From NCBI GenBank assembly GCA_965213625.1, contig CBDBZU010000004.1, positions 2,912,001-2,976,000 on the forward strand: a stretch of 64,000 nt of DNA, given 5' to 3'. The notes under the pieces are model-generated. The model saw only the letters and a program-made list of their open reading frames with translations. It ran no database searches and had not been told where the DNA came from. The translations under genes were made by a program, and so were the position numbers. The stretch is from a bacterium (lineage in GTDB: Bacteria > UBA8248). Positions 1-9,673 of the stretch are shown here, piece after piece (position 1 is the stretch's first letter; each line of letters begins with the position of its first letter).

Positions 1-1191
1 CAGCCCCGCCTTGGGCATACCCTTGGCGGATATCTTTCTCACCGTTGGAAACACCGTAGCAAAACCCTTTAATTGCTTGGTGATTTCGTGCAACCCATAG
101 TTAAGAGCGAACGGCGTGATTATATTTCCGCCTGCCAGCTCGTAGCGAACCGATTCGGGGTCGACGACGAAAGATTGGGGAATTTCAAACCCGTACCTCT
201 CCAACAGTGTTGTCAGACGCCCCGGCTTCATTCCGGGTTCCAGGAAAACAAGAAGCTTTCCGCCTGATTTGATGTAATCGTCGATATACTTGACTTCAGC
301 TTCTTCCAGTTCTTTTTGGGGGGCCGCGATAATCAGCATACTGGTATTTTCAGGCACGCCCTTTTTTCTGAGCAGCAGAAGTTCATCCACCTGGTAGTTG
401 TCATCCCTCATGCCGATGGCCAGCGCCCTCATCGTCTCTCGTCCCTGACCCGTGAAAAGTCGTTCTCCATGGCCCGTGAGGTAATAAACGCGTTTCTGCT
501 CGGATTGGATGGTTTTCAGAATCGCATTGGCGATCGCGTTTTCCGAAAGGTTAAATATCTTTTCCGATCTGAAGGTCGGTTTCTTCTCCTGGTCGGCGGA
601 GTTCGATTTGTTCTGCTTCTCGATTTGCTCTTTGCCGAAATGGTGAATCACGACCAATGTGCCATAAGCGTCTGCGTCATATTTCTTGGCGGTGCGCGGG
701 GAGGCGTCGAGGTTCAAAAACCGGAAAGAGATTTGTTTCGATGCCCGTTTATATTGCTCTAAAATTTCCGTTACCGCAGGTTCTTCAAGTTTGCGTGTAA
801 AGGCAATGATTTCGATCTGTTTTTTTTCTCTATCGAGTTTATTCAACAGATTGATGGTTTTCGCGGATAGGCTGTAGAAGTTTCCAGGAGTGACGTCCCA
901 ACGCTTAAAGTATTTGACGCTCACGAGTTCAACGACAACCAAAATAGCGGTCACCACAACGACCATGAGTGCTACCTGTATGCCCGTTCTGGTAGAGCGG
1001 AGCCGGATGCCGCCTTGGAGTTCGCGCCGGGAAATCCACACCGTATAGACGAAACAAACAATTCCCAGGGCGATAATGGCGAACGCCCACCGGGGAGGTT
1101 CAGAAAACTGGTCATGCCCGGCCCAGCCGGATATGCCAATCAGCAATAAGGCGGCTGAGGCAATGAACAAGTAAAGATTTCTATTTTCCAA
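1..1191 (-). CDS. GldG-like ABC transporter auxiliary component (partial, runs off window start)
   Basis: Not in the ORF track. Manual translation from TTG at 1191 gives MENRNLYLFIASAALLL... with N-terminal TM segments, RWDVTPGNFYSLS, VYYLTGHGE, LIIAAPQKEL and YIKSGGKLLVFLEP, typical of GldG/ABC_transp_aux proteins. Lies directly downstream of the ABC permease. Confidence 0.85.
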   Translation of the reverse strand, partial: MENRNLYLFIASAALLLIGISGWAGHDQFSEPPRWAFAIIALGIVCFVYTVWISRRELQGGIRLRSTRTGIQVALMVVVVTAILVVVELVSVKYFKRWDVTPGNFYSLSAKTINLLNKLDREKKQIEIIAFTRKLEEPAVTEILEQYKRASKQISFRFLNLDASPRTAKKYDADAYGTLVVIHHFGKEQIEKQNKSNSADQEKKPTFRSEKIFNLSENAIANAILKTIQSEQKRVYYLTGHGERLFTGQGRETMRALAIGMRDDNYQVDELLLLRKKGVPENTSMLIIAAPQKELEEAEVKYIDDYIKSGGKLLVFLEPGMKPGRLTTLLERYGFEIPQSFVVDPESVRYELAGGNIITPFALNYGLHEITKQLKGFATVFPTVRKISAKGMPKAGL

Positions 1192-1195
1192 GTTC

Positions 1196-1972
1196 CTACC
1201 CTCTCCACCTATAGTATTCAAGTGATCTGAGCACGAGGAAACCACATAAGAGGTTGATGTTGACGAGATAAATAACGTCGCGGGTATCGATGATGCCCCG
1301 AATGAAATTTCGTAAGTGCATGCCTAATGAAAGATGCCTGAGAATCGAAGATAAAGGTTCGCTGGCAGCTATCGCGAGAGCTTCCACCAGGAAAGTGGCG
1401 AGTAGTATCATAAAGGCAAGCATGGCTGCGACGATTTGATTCGAAGTCCATGAACTGGCCAATAGACCAACAGAAAGGAACGCCATGCCCGTCAAAACCA
1501 TTCCCAGGTAAGCCGATAACACGATTGTCCAATCCACGTTGACGAAAGCACTCAGAATAATCGGATAAGCGGTAGTAATTGCCAGCATTATCAAATAGAT
1601 GGATATAACGGAGAGGTATTTGCCGGCGAATAATTGCCCGTTACGCAGCGGGAAGGTGAGCATCAACTCTATGGTGCCCTGTTTTTTCTCCTCACTGAAC
1701 AAGCGCATCGTAAGCAACGGAGCGACGAACAAGAGAATTACAGTGACGCTGGAAAAAACCGGTTCCAGAACGGCGGAAGTCGGCGTGATGTTATATTGAG
1801 CAGCCGCCTGGGGGTTTCTGGCTAATTGCATGGAAATGGTGGCATAAGAGAGAAAAGCGCCGGAATAGAAGAACCCCATCAACACCGTCCATGCGGCGAG
1901 GATCACATAAGCGATAGGCGAGAAGAAAAACGAAGTGAGTTCGCGTCGACATATATAAAAGGTGTTATGCAT
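1196..1972 (-). CDS. ABC-2 type transporter permease (GldF-like)
   Basis: RRELTSFFFSPIAYV and PLLTMRLFSEEKKQGTIELMLTFP motifs; about 6 TM helices. Confidence 0.9.
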   Translation of the reverse strand: MHNTFYICRRELTSFFFSPIAYVILAAWTVLMGFFYSGAFLSYATISMQLARNPQAAAQYNITPTSAVLEPVFSSVTVILLFVAPLLTMRLFSEEKKQGTIELMLTFPLRNGQLFAGKYLSVISIYLIMLAITTAYPIILSAFVNVDWTIVLSAYLGMVLTGMAFLSVGLLASSWTSNQIVAAMLAFMILLATFLVEALAIAASEPLSSILRHLSLGMHLRNFIRGIIDTRDVIYLVNINLLCGFLVLRSLEYYRWRG

Positions 1973-2945
1973 TTACAGTTTCCTCATCTACAGATTCCTC
2001 ATCGTGTTCGTGCTCCCCGCTGACGATACGAACAAAAAGATCCTCCAGAGTCAGCCTCATCTGGCGAATTTCGGTCAGTTTTCCATCCGTCGCCAAGACA
2101 GCAGCTACCAGGTCAGAGCGAATATCGCCACCACCTTTTGCGTGCACCTCGAAATGCGCTTCCTCACCTGTTGAAGTGCCGAGCGTTTCTACGCGCTCAA
2201 CCCCAGATACCAATTTCATTTTATCGGACAGCGCGTCGGCGACTCCGACTGCTGAAATGCGTATCGTCGAGTCGGCTTGCATGTTTGCCGCCAGCGTATC
2301 GAGAGCCCCCTCTGCAGCTATCCGGCCCTGATGGATGATGACAACCCGATCGCAGACCATATTTACCTCAGGGAGAATATGCGTGCTTAATATAAGTGTT
2401 CGGTTGCCCTTAAGTTCAGAAATCAAATTCCGGATATCAACAATTTGGGCCGGGTCGAGGCCAGAAGTAGGCTCATCGAGAATCAAGACAGGCGGGTCGT
2501 TCACCATTGCCTGCGCCAAACCGACACGCTGACGATATCCTTTAGAAAGATTGCCGATGATGCGGTGGGCGACATCTTCAAGACCGCAACTACCGACCAC
2601 CCTTCGAATGCCTGCATCTTTATCCGCACCGCTCATACCTTTCATGGATGCAACAAAATTCAAATAGGCCCTTACTGTCATCTCTGCGTATAACGGGTTG
2701 GTTTCCGGGAGATATCCGAGATTTTTCTGGGCTTCCAGCGGTGATTCCGAGACATTGATGTCAGCCACCCAGGCGGAACCTGAGTTTGGAGGCATATACC
2801 CCGTCAAAATACGCATGGTCGTAGATTTTCCGGCGCCGTTGGGCCCGAGAAACCCAAGCACTTCACCTTCTTCGACTCGAAAGGATATATCCGTCACACC
2901 ACGGAGATTACCGTAATATTTTGTAAGGTTCTCAACCCGAATCAC
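1965..2945 (-). CDS. ABC transporter ATP-binding protein (GldA-like)
   Basis: Walker A GPNGAGKST, signature LSKGYRQR, Walker B ILDEPT, H-loop STH. Confidence 0.95.
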   Translation of the reverse strand: MIRVENLTKYYGNLRGVTDISFRVEEGEVLGFLGPNGAGKSTTMRILTGYMPPNSGSAWVADINVSESPLEAQKNLGYLPETNPLYAEMTVRAYLNFVASMKGMSGADKDAGIRRVVGSCGLEDVAHRIIGNLSKGYRQRVGLAQAMVNDPPVLILDEPTSGLDPAQIVDIRNLISELKGNRTLILSTHILPEVNMVCDRVVIIHQGRIAAEGALDTLAANMQADSTIRISAVGVADALSDKMKLVSGVERVETLGTSTGEEAHFEVHAKGGGDIRSDLVAAVLATDGKLTEIRQMRLTLEDLFVRIVSGEHEHDEESVDEETVNA

Positions 2946-3111
2946 GAAGAACTCCCTAAAAAATACTGTGCAAAATCATTCGCCACTATGGTGTCCAAGC
3001 CGTTCTTCACTTCTCAGATATCAAGTTGACCTATTCATTTGTGTAAAAAAAACATCCCGAAACTTCTGAGATGAACAGGATAACCCGTTAAATTCTTTAT
3101 TTATCAATACC

Positions 3112-3138
3112 TTGGCACTCGATAGCGCTGAGTGCCAA
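3112..3138. promoter_or_regulatory. CIRCE element (HrcA operator)
   Basis: TTGGCACTC-gatagcgct-GAGTGCCAA: perfect 9-bp inverted repeat with 9-nt spacer, one mismatch per arm to consensus TTAGCACTC-N9-GAGTGCTAA. Confidence 0.85.
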
Positions 3139-3142
3139 AATA

Positions 3143-3171
3143 AAAATAGTCACTTGGCCTTCTTTTGTCAA
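3143..3171 (-). promoter_or_regulatory. sigma70-type promoter for the gldAFG-like operon
   Basis: Minus strand TTGACA-N17-TATTTT, immediately upstream of the CIRCE element. Confidence 0.7.
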
Positions 3172-3224
3172 CTATAGAAAAAAACTTTTCTTCCTCTCCA
3201 GGGGTGAAGGGTATTTCAAAGACG

Positions 3225-4229
3225 TCAATTTTTCGTTTGAAGATCGCCTCGGATGGCCGCTTTTTTCAATATCGCAGGAACGTTCAGTATTGTAGGCCCA
3301 TCGAGTTGCAGCGTTATTTCTATATCTTCGCCCTTGCTCAATAGATACTCCCTTTCTCCATCAAAAGCCAACGCGCGATCGGCAGGCGCTCTATAGTGAA
3401 CGCTCTCTCCAATATTGATTATCTCGTGTCCCTTCACATGCGCAGAAGCAACTTGCCCGGGTCCGATGGGAGAGAGGATGAGGCGGTTGCTTTTCCTGTT
3501 CGCCCCTAACTTCAACCACAACCCCACGGGTTCATTCGAATCGATCGGACGCAAACTCGCGCCTAATGAAGACAACCCCAAACGCCCGGGTTCGCTTCTC
3601 GTCAGCGCCACTGAGTCCACACGCTCGATGTCCCAGACTGCACGCGCGCCGTAGAATGATTCCTTGATGATAGCGATATCAACCAGGGCGCTTTCGGAAA
3701 TACCATCAAGGCTCACATGAAGCTGTTTCGTCACCTTTTTCTCGCTTCTGTATACTCTTGGGTGAAGGACATACAAAGCCGCAGCCATACCGGCCACAGT
3801 CCCTTCCCACGAAAACGGAAAGGCATTGTTCGTCCCAGTCGATAACGGGATCAGAGGAATTTTGTTACACCCTTTGGCGACAGCGCGACAAGTACCATCG
3901 CCTCCGAGAATAATGATACATCGAACGCCCAGTTCAGCGAGTTTGCAAGCCGCTTTGGTGGAGTCAGCCGTTTCTCCACTGGCATCCACTTCAAAGAGTT
4001 GCACTTTCGAGTTCTTGTTCTCATGACGAAACCCATCCACTGCGACAGCGCCCAGGGAACCAAGATCGTTGAACATCAGGATATTATCCAGGCCAATTGC
4101 AGTAATCCCCGCCATCACTCGGCGAAGCATCAAAACCTTTTCGTTGTTACTGAAAGAACTTGCCAGCGCTACCAGCCTCCGAATGTCTTTACCTGATTGC
4201 GGGTTCGCGATTATTCCTACACTTGCCAC
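3225..4229 (-). CDS. ATP-NAD kinase family protein (AcoX-like)
   Basis: GIIANPQSGKDIRRLVA, LGGDGT and STGTNN motifs; GTG start at 4229 preceded by AAGGAG. Confidence 0.8.
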   Translation of the reverse strand: MASVGIIANPQSGKDIRRLVALASSFSNNEKVLMLRRVMAGITAIGLDNILMFNDLGSLGAVAVDGFRHENKNSKVQLFEVDASGETADSTKAACKLAELGVRCIIILGGDGTCRAVAKGCNKIPLIPLSTGTNNAFPFSWEGTVAGMAAALYVLHPRVYRSEKKVTKQLHVSLDGISESALVDIAIIKESFYGARAVWDIERVDSVALTRSEPGRLGLSSLGASLRPIDSNEPVGLWLKLGANRKSNRLILSPIGPGQVASAHVKGHEIINIGESVHYRAPADRALAFDGEREYLLSKGEDIEITLQLDGPTILNVPAILKKAAIRGDLQTKN

Positions 4230-4358
4230 TCCTTCTCCTTTACTTTTCTGCCAGGAAAGAATAACTGGATTCATGTAAAGTCAAGATTACATCGAATCAA
4301 AGAAAAGGGCGAAGCATCACCCATATTCTGTTCACCGATCGATGAAAAGACTCGCGAT

Positions 4359-5714
4359 ATGCAATCAAAACGCAGAAGATCCCTCAGAAGAGAAGCACGC
4401 GCCATCTTCCGGGCCGGACTAAATGCCGTGCATGCAGGTGAAGCTGTTTATCGTCATATGAAAATCGAGAAGGCAAGTGATCAGGAATATCTCCTGATTG
4501 GCGAACAAAGAATATCACTCAGTGGAACGGAAAGAATCCTCGTTTTGGGGGCCGGGAAAGCGAGCTCTCAAATGGCGCGTGCGGTTGAGCGGCGTCTCGG
4601 AAATCGAATTGATGGTGGCGCCGTCGTCACCCAATATGGTTATGGCGAAAAGTGTAGATATATTGAAATTCTCGAAGCTTCGCACCCAGTACCCGATATC
4701 TCAGGCTTGGAAGCCTCCCGGAAAATTGAAAAATTAGCTGCCGACGCCCGGAAAGAAGATATTGTGATATTCCTCCTCTCTGGCGGAGGCTCAGCCCTGA
4801 TGCCTGCACCAGCGCCTGGAGTATCTCTCGAAGACAAACAATCCGCCACGAATTCGCTACTGCGAGCAGGCGCCCCGATAGAAGTTCTCAATTGCGTGCG
4901 AAAGCACTTGTCCGAGCTGAAAGGCGGGAATCTGGCCCGAAAAGTATTCCCTGCCCGTATGATCGTTCTTCTTGTCTCTGATGTGATTGGTGACCCCCTG
5001 GACGTGATAGGTTCAGGTCCTGCTACCGGTGATTCGACCACGTTCTTTCAGGCAAAAGCATACTTGCAACGCTATGGCGTGTTCCAAGAAATGCCGAAAG
5101 CTATCAAAGAAAGGATTGAAGCTGGTTGTAAGGGTGAGATTCCAGAGACCCCTCTCCCCGGAGACAAGATATTCAGTCATGTGAGCCACCATGTAGTGGC
5201 AAACAACAAAATCGCCCTCCAGGCTGCATACGCAAAGGCAAAATCAATGGGCTACGGCGTTAAGATACAAACGAATACTCTTAGCGGCGAAGCCAAAGAC
5301 GTGGGCAAATCGATAGCGGAAGACGCCAAACGGATTTCAGACAATTCACGCAAAATAATCTCACCTCAATGCCTTCTGTATGGCGGCGAAACAACTGTAA
5401 GAGTGATGGGAAATGGCGTGGGTGGGAGGTGCCAGGAGCTCGGTCTGTCTTTCGCCATTGAGATTGCCGGCCATGGAAATATCTGCCTTCTAGCTGCCGG
5501 AACCGATGGAAGAGACGGCCCAACAGAAGCCGCAGGTGCGATCATCGACGGCAAAACAGCTAAAACGGCGCAAAATCAAGGCCTTGACCCTTATACACAT
5601 TTGCGCGATAATAATAGTCATGTTTATCTCCGCCGCCGGAGAGCTTGTATATATACCGGACCAAGTGGAACAAACGTAATGGATTTGGTAATTTTATTGG
5701 TGAATTGCTGTTAA
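4359..5714 (+). CDS. glycerate 2-kinase, MOFRL/TtuD family
   Basis: GAGKAS, LLSGGGSAL, KGGNLA, SDVIGD, GGETTV, GTDGRDG and TNVMD motifs; probable start ATG 4359. Confidence 0.9.
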   Translation: MQSKRRRSLRREARAIFRAGLNAVHAGEAVYRHMKIEKASDQEYLLIGEQRISLSGTERILVLGAGKASSQMARAVERRLGNRIDGGAVVTQYGYGEKCRYIEILEASHPVPDISGLEASRKIEKLAADARKEDIVIFLLSGGGSALMPAPAPGVSLEDKQSATNSLLRAGAPIEVLNCVRKHLSELKGGNLARKVFPARMIVLLVSDVIGDPLDVIGSGPATGDSTTFFQAKAYLQRYGVFQEMPKAIKERIEAGCKGEIPETPLPGDKIFSHVSHHVVANNKIALQAAYAKAKSMGYGVKIQTNTLSGEAKDVGKSIAEDAKRISDNSRKIISPQCLLYGGETTVRVMGNGVGGRCQELGLSFAIEIAGHGNICLLAAGTDGRDGPTEAAGAIIDGKTAKTAQNQGLDPYTHLRDNNSHVYLRRRRACIYTGPSGTNVMDLVILLVNCC

Positions 5715-5785
5715 CGCCTAGCTCTCAGCGGTTATCCGTGATCGCGCGGTTCGCCCAATCGTTGAGAAATCCATAGGACATACTT

Positions 5786-6556
5786 ATGAAGTACATCCAT
5801 CCGGCTATTTTCGCCGTTCTGGCGATATTTATGGCCGCCCAACTGCCTGGCTCCGTGTATGCCCAGCAGAAAAAAATAGTGGTAACGGACTTCGCCTTGA
5901 ATCCGGCTCAGAACAATTCCGACCAATTGCCAAAAGGGTGGGCACTCAAGGTATGGCACGGGAAAGCTGATGTTCGTCTGATCCGGGATAACAACAGACA
6001 TGCGAAAGTGCTTCGCATGAGAAGCGAAAAAGCGTCTGTTTCTATTTACCGGGAAGTGAAACTGGATCTCAAGAAGTTTCCGGTTCTTTCATGGAAATGG
6101 AAAGTAACGAAACTCCCCAAGGGTGCTGATGCAAGGAATGTTGAATCTGATGACCAGGCGGCCGGTATTTATGTCGTATTTCCCCGGTTCCCCAGTTTTC
6201 TCAATAGCCGACTAATTGGTTACGTCTGGGATACGAGTGCGCCTGAAGGGTCGATACTGAGAAGTCGTAGAAACCCAATGGTCCATTATATCGTAGTCAG
6301 AAGCGGTATGGATAATCTCGGCAGATGGATAACCGAAAAACGCAATGTAATGAATGATTATTTTAGAGTTTTTGGTTCTGAGGCGCCCGATGTTGGTGGA
6401 ATCGCGTTGATGATAGATACAGACGATACGCTTTCTAATGCAGAGAGCTATTTTGCGAAAGTCGAATTCAAAGGCGATGTTTCCAGGGTTTCATCTGCTG
6501 AACAATATGACCGCTTCGCTAAAGTAGTCGGCTCCACGGCCTGGGTCTACGAATGA
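5786..6556 (+). CDS. DUF3047 domain-containing exported protein
   Basis: Signal peptide; LSWKWKV, DDQAAGIYV, YVWD, W..EKRNV..DY and IDTDDT motifs. Confidence 0.75.
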   Translation: MKYIHPAIFAVLAIFMAAQLPGSVYAQQKKIVVTDFALNPAQNNSDQLPKGWALKVWHGKADVRLIRDNNRHAKVLRMRSEKASVSIYREVKLDLKKFPVLSWKWKVTKLPKGADARNVESDDQAAGIYVVFPRFPSFLNSRLIGYVWDTSAPEGSILRSRRNPMVHYIVVRSGMDNLGRWITEKRNVMNDYFRVFGSEAPDVGGIALMIDTDDTLSNAESYFAKVEFKGDVSRVSSAEQYDRFAKVVGSTAWVYE

Positions 6557-6652
6557 AAAAGAACTGACTCGACGACTTTCATTCTCATTACAGGCGCATC
6601 CTGCACGGCAGATAAACAAAGTAACAATTCGGCTGAACTGAGGTTTTGACAA

Positions 6653-7591
6653 TTGCCCGGCAGCGAAATCTATGTTGGCTTCGATCTCGGGGGTTCATTT
6701 CTCAAGGCATCGTCATTCGGTCTGGATGGAGAATTACAAGAGCGCTGCTCCATGGATACGAAACGGTGTCTTCGGGCGGAAGATTACCTCGATTTGTTCA
6801 AATATGCCGCAAAATCCCTCTCTTCGAATAAGCATCTCAAAGGCATCGGGATTGCCGTTGCAGGCGTTCTAGATACGGATGCCGGCAAAATAGTCGACTC
6901 CCCTAACCTGCCCACTCTTAGTAGTGTTCCCCTTCTCGGGATGTTGGAAGATACCTTCTCCCCTGTTCCGCTACAGATGATGAACGATGCGAATGCCGCT
7001 GCGCTGGGGGAATTTTTCGCCGGCGCGGGCGAAGGATACGAGAGCATGTTCATTCTCACATTAGGCACCGGTGTCGGTGGCTGTTTCATTCAAAATGGAG
7101 AGATTTGGTCGGGCGCATCCGGGATGGCGGGAGAAATTGGTCATATGGTAATCGAAAAAAACGGCAAGCAATGCAATTGTGGTTCTCGAGGGTGCCTGGA
7201 AGCATATTTTTCGAGTTGGTCCCTTGAAAAAGATGCCAAAGCCTATGCGGAGCAACACCCGGACTCAGCCATCGGGACGCTCGAAAAAATATCTCCGATT
7301 TCCTTATCAGAACTCGCTGGCTCCGGAAACATCGAAGCAAGGGCAATATGGGAAAATGGTGGTTATGCGCTTGGTATTGGAGTAGCCAACATCATGAATT
7401 TGCTGAATCCGGCAAGCATCGTTCTTGTGGGCGGACTGGTCAACGCGAGGGAGCATTTCCTGCCCACCGCCCAGAAGGCCTGGGAGGAGAATTCTTTCGA
7501 ACAAGCAAGCCAATCTTCAAAAGTTATTTTAGGTATTTTGGGAGAATGGGCGGGCGTCAGGGGCGCTATTCAACCTTTTTTGCAGGAATGA
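6653..7591 (+). CDS. ROK family sugar kinase (glucokinase-like)
   Basis: DLGGS, NDANAAALGE, LGTGVG and GEIGH...CNCGSRGCLE motifs. Confidence 0.9.
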   Translation: MPGSEIYVGFDLGGSFLKASSFGLDGELQERCSMDTKRCLRAEDYLDLFKYAAKSLSSNKHLKGIGIAVAGVLDTDAGKIVDSPNLPTLSSVPLLGMLEDTFSPVPLQMMNDANAAALGEFFAGAGEGYESMFILTLGTGVGGCFIQNGEIWSGASGMAGEIGHMVIEKNGKQCNCGSRGCLEAYFSSWSLEKDAKAYAEQHPDSAIGTLEKISPISLSELAGSGNIEARAIWENGGYALGIGVANIMNLLNPASIVLVGGLVNAREHFLPTAQKAWEENSFEQASQSSKVILGILGEWAGVRGAIQPFLQE

Positions 7592-7731
7592 TTCTCTCTT
7601 TATTAAAATCAAATAATTGCAAAGCCAGTTGAAATAACTATTTATGGCATTTCCTCATAAGTAAATTCTACATTCCGGGTTTTCCCCTTATCACCCCACT
7701 CAGGTAAAGCTCAGATTTTTCATTTTCTTTC

Positions 7732-7790
7732 TTGACAAAATAAAATGTGTAGATAACAATGTTAAGCGTAACAAACATTATTACCTTAAC
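7732..7790 (+). promoter_or_regulatory. putative promoter with overlapping inverted repeats (candidate DtxR-family operator)
   Basis: TTGACA at 7732 and AACAAT 17 nt later; inverted repeats AATGTT-N10-AACATT (7758-7779) and GTTAAG...CTTAAC (7761-7790). Confidence 0.45.
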
Positions 7791-7829
7791 GCAACAATTG
7801 GACTTTCATCATCAAAAGGGATTTACGCT

Positions 7830-8384
7830 ATGACTCCACAGCCACAACATTCTCGCGGTTCCCTTTCGCCCAGTCTGGAACATTATCTTCGCGCCATATT
7901 CGACCTTCAGGAGAGTAAAGGTTACGCGCGCGTGACGGATATCGCCTCCATGCTGGGTGTGGCGAAGCCGGCAGTCTCAGCTGCGGTGAAGACTCTGCGC
8001 TCCAATGGCCTTGTGTCTCACCGTGTATACGAAAGCATACTTTTGACGGAAGAAGGCGCTAAGCGGGCCAAGGGCGTATCAGGTAAATTCTCTATCCTGA
8101 TGCACTTCCTCACAGACGTTCTGGGCGTGGAAGAAGAGCAAGCCTTTGTCGACGCCTGCGTGATGGAGCACTACGTTAGTGGGAACTCCATAGACAGGCT
8201 TCTCGACCTACTGCGCTTTTTCGAAGAGCACGGCAATCAGGAAATTCTGGAGAAATTTCATCAGTTCCGACGCTCATGTGAGAGCGTCGAAACATGCCCG
8301 ACATGTTCTTACCATTGCGATATCAGCGTTATCGATTTCGACGATATGTCCAAAAAAATAAAGCAATCCAAACGACAACTCTGA
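7830..8384 (+). CDS. DtxR/MntR family metal-dependent transcriptional regulator
   Basis: EHYLRAI..L, RVTDIA..LGV.KPAVS wHTH and DACVMEH metal site; Cys-rich C-terminal tail. Confidence 0.9.
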   Translation: MTPQPQHSRGSLSPSLEHYLRAIFDLQESKGYARVTDIASMLGVAKPAVSAAVKTLRSNGLVSHRVYESILLTEEGAKRAKGVSGKFSILMHFLTDVLGVEEEQAFVDACVMEHYVSGNSIDRLLDLLRFFEEHGNQEILEKFHQFRRSCESVETCPTCSYHCDISVIDFDDMSKKIKQSKRQL

Positions 8385-8476
8385 AATTTTCGAGTTTGTT
8401 GTACCCCTACTCACTCTGGAGCCAACTTCACATGATACGGCCAAATAGTCGCCATCCTGAACAGGAGAAGGAACTT

Positions 8477-9547
8477 ATGTTTGCAGTACTAAACCGAGAA
8501 AAGTGTGCGAGGCTGTACGTTGGAATTTCCATGTTCGTCATCTTGGCTATTCTGGCCTTTGGTAGGACAATTGCCAGCGCTGAAGAGGTTGTAAACTTAT
8601 ACTCCTACCGGCAACCTTTTCTCATCAAGCCGATTCTGAAAGCGTTCACTGAAAAAACGGGCATCAAGACCAATATCGTTTTTGCGAAAAAAGGTATGCT
8701 CGAGAAAATCAAGGCGACACCAGGGGCGGCAGATGCCGTGTTGACTGTGGACATTGGTCGTCTCCACGACATGGATGAGGCAGGGTTGTTGCAGCCCGTA
8801 CAGTCGAAAGTATTGGAGCAGAATATCCCCTCCTCCTATCGACATCCCAAAGGCCATTGGTTTGGTCTTACGCTGCGCGGGCGCGTCATATATGCCAGCA
8901 AAAAGCGGGTAAAACCGGGTGCAGTTTCCCGCTATGAAGATTTGGTTGATCCGAAATGGAAAGGCCGAATTTGTACGCGTTCGGGCAAACACGTCTACAA
9001 CGTATCTCTGTTCGCTTCCATAGTGACACATTCGGGCGAAGCGAAAGCCAAGAAATGGTTGATGGGTCTCAAGTCCAACCTCGCACGTAAGCCCAGTGGC
9101 AACGACCGTGCGCAAGCCAAAGCCATTTACGCGGGAGAATGCGATCTAGCTATAGCCAATACGTATTACATGGCGAAAATGGCGACAAACAAGAAAAAGA
9201 AAGTTCAAAGAGAATGGGCGAAAGCCGTATACATCGTATTTCCCAATCAAAAGGATAGGGGAACGCACGTCAACATCAGCGGCGCCGCCGTTACCAAGCA
9301 TGCGAAAAACCGGGGAAATGCAGTCCGCCTCATCGAGTTCTTGAGCGGTGAATATGCGCAAAAATTGTACGCCGACCAGAATTATGAATACCCACTGAAA
9401 AAGGGCGTGAAGACACATCCACTCGTCGATTCATGGGGAAAATTCAAGGCCGATACAATCAATTTGGCCAAAGTGGCGAATAAGCGGGCTGTCGCCTCCA
9501 AATTGGTGGACAAGGTAGATTACAATAACTTCAGACCCAGCAATTAG
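8477..9547 (+). CDS. Fe(III) ABC transporter substrate-binding protein (FutA/FbpA family)
   Basis: NLYSYRQ, TVDIGRL, CTRSGKHVYN, GNDRAQ, ANTYY and HVNISG motifs; probable start 8477 after GGAG. Confidence 0.9.
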   Translation: MFAVLNREKCARLYVGISMFVILAILAFGRTIASAEEVVNLYSYRQPFLIKPILKAFTEKTGIKTNIVFAKKGMLEKIKATPGAADAVLTVDIGRLHDMDEAGLLQPVQSKVLEQNIPSSYRHPKGHWFGLTLRGRVIYASKKRVKPGAVSRYEDLVDPKWKGRICTRSGKHVYNVSLFASIVTHSGEAKAKKWLMGLKSNLARKPSGNDRAQAKAIYAGECDLAIANTYYMAKMATNKKKKVQREWAKAVYIVFPNQKDRGTHVNISGAAVTKHAKNRGNAVRLIEFLSGEYAQKLYADQNYEYPLKKGVKTHPLVDSWGKFKADTINLAKVANKRAVASKLVDKVDYNNFRPSN

Positions 9548-9555
9548 CTGCTAGT

Positions 9556-9616
9556 AACAAGACCCCAAAAGTCTTAATATCCTCATCAGGATACAGGGGC
9601 TTTTGGGGTCTTTGTT
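9556..9616 (+). terminator. stem-loop between the binding-protein and permease genes (terminator or mRNA stabiliser)
   Basis: AGACCCCAAAAG...CTTTTGGGGTCT inverted repeat with inner TATCCT/AGGATA, followed by TTGTTT. Confidence 0.55.
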
Positions 9617-9673
9617 TATATCAAGAGATTCCGAGAGGCGATTACTTGAAGTAAGTCTTGTGGCAGGGACGGC

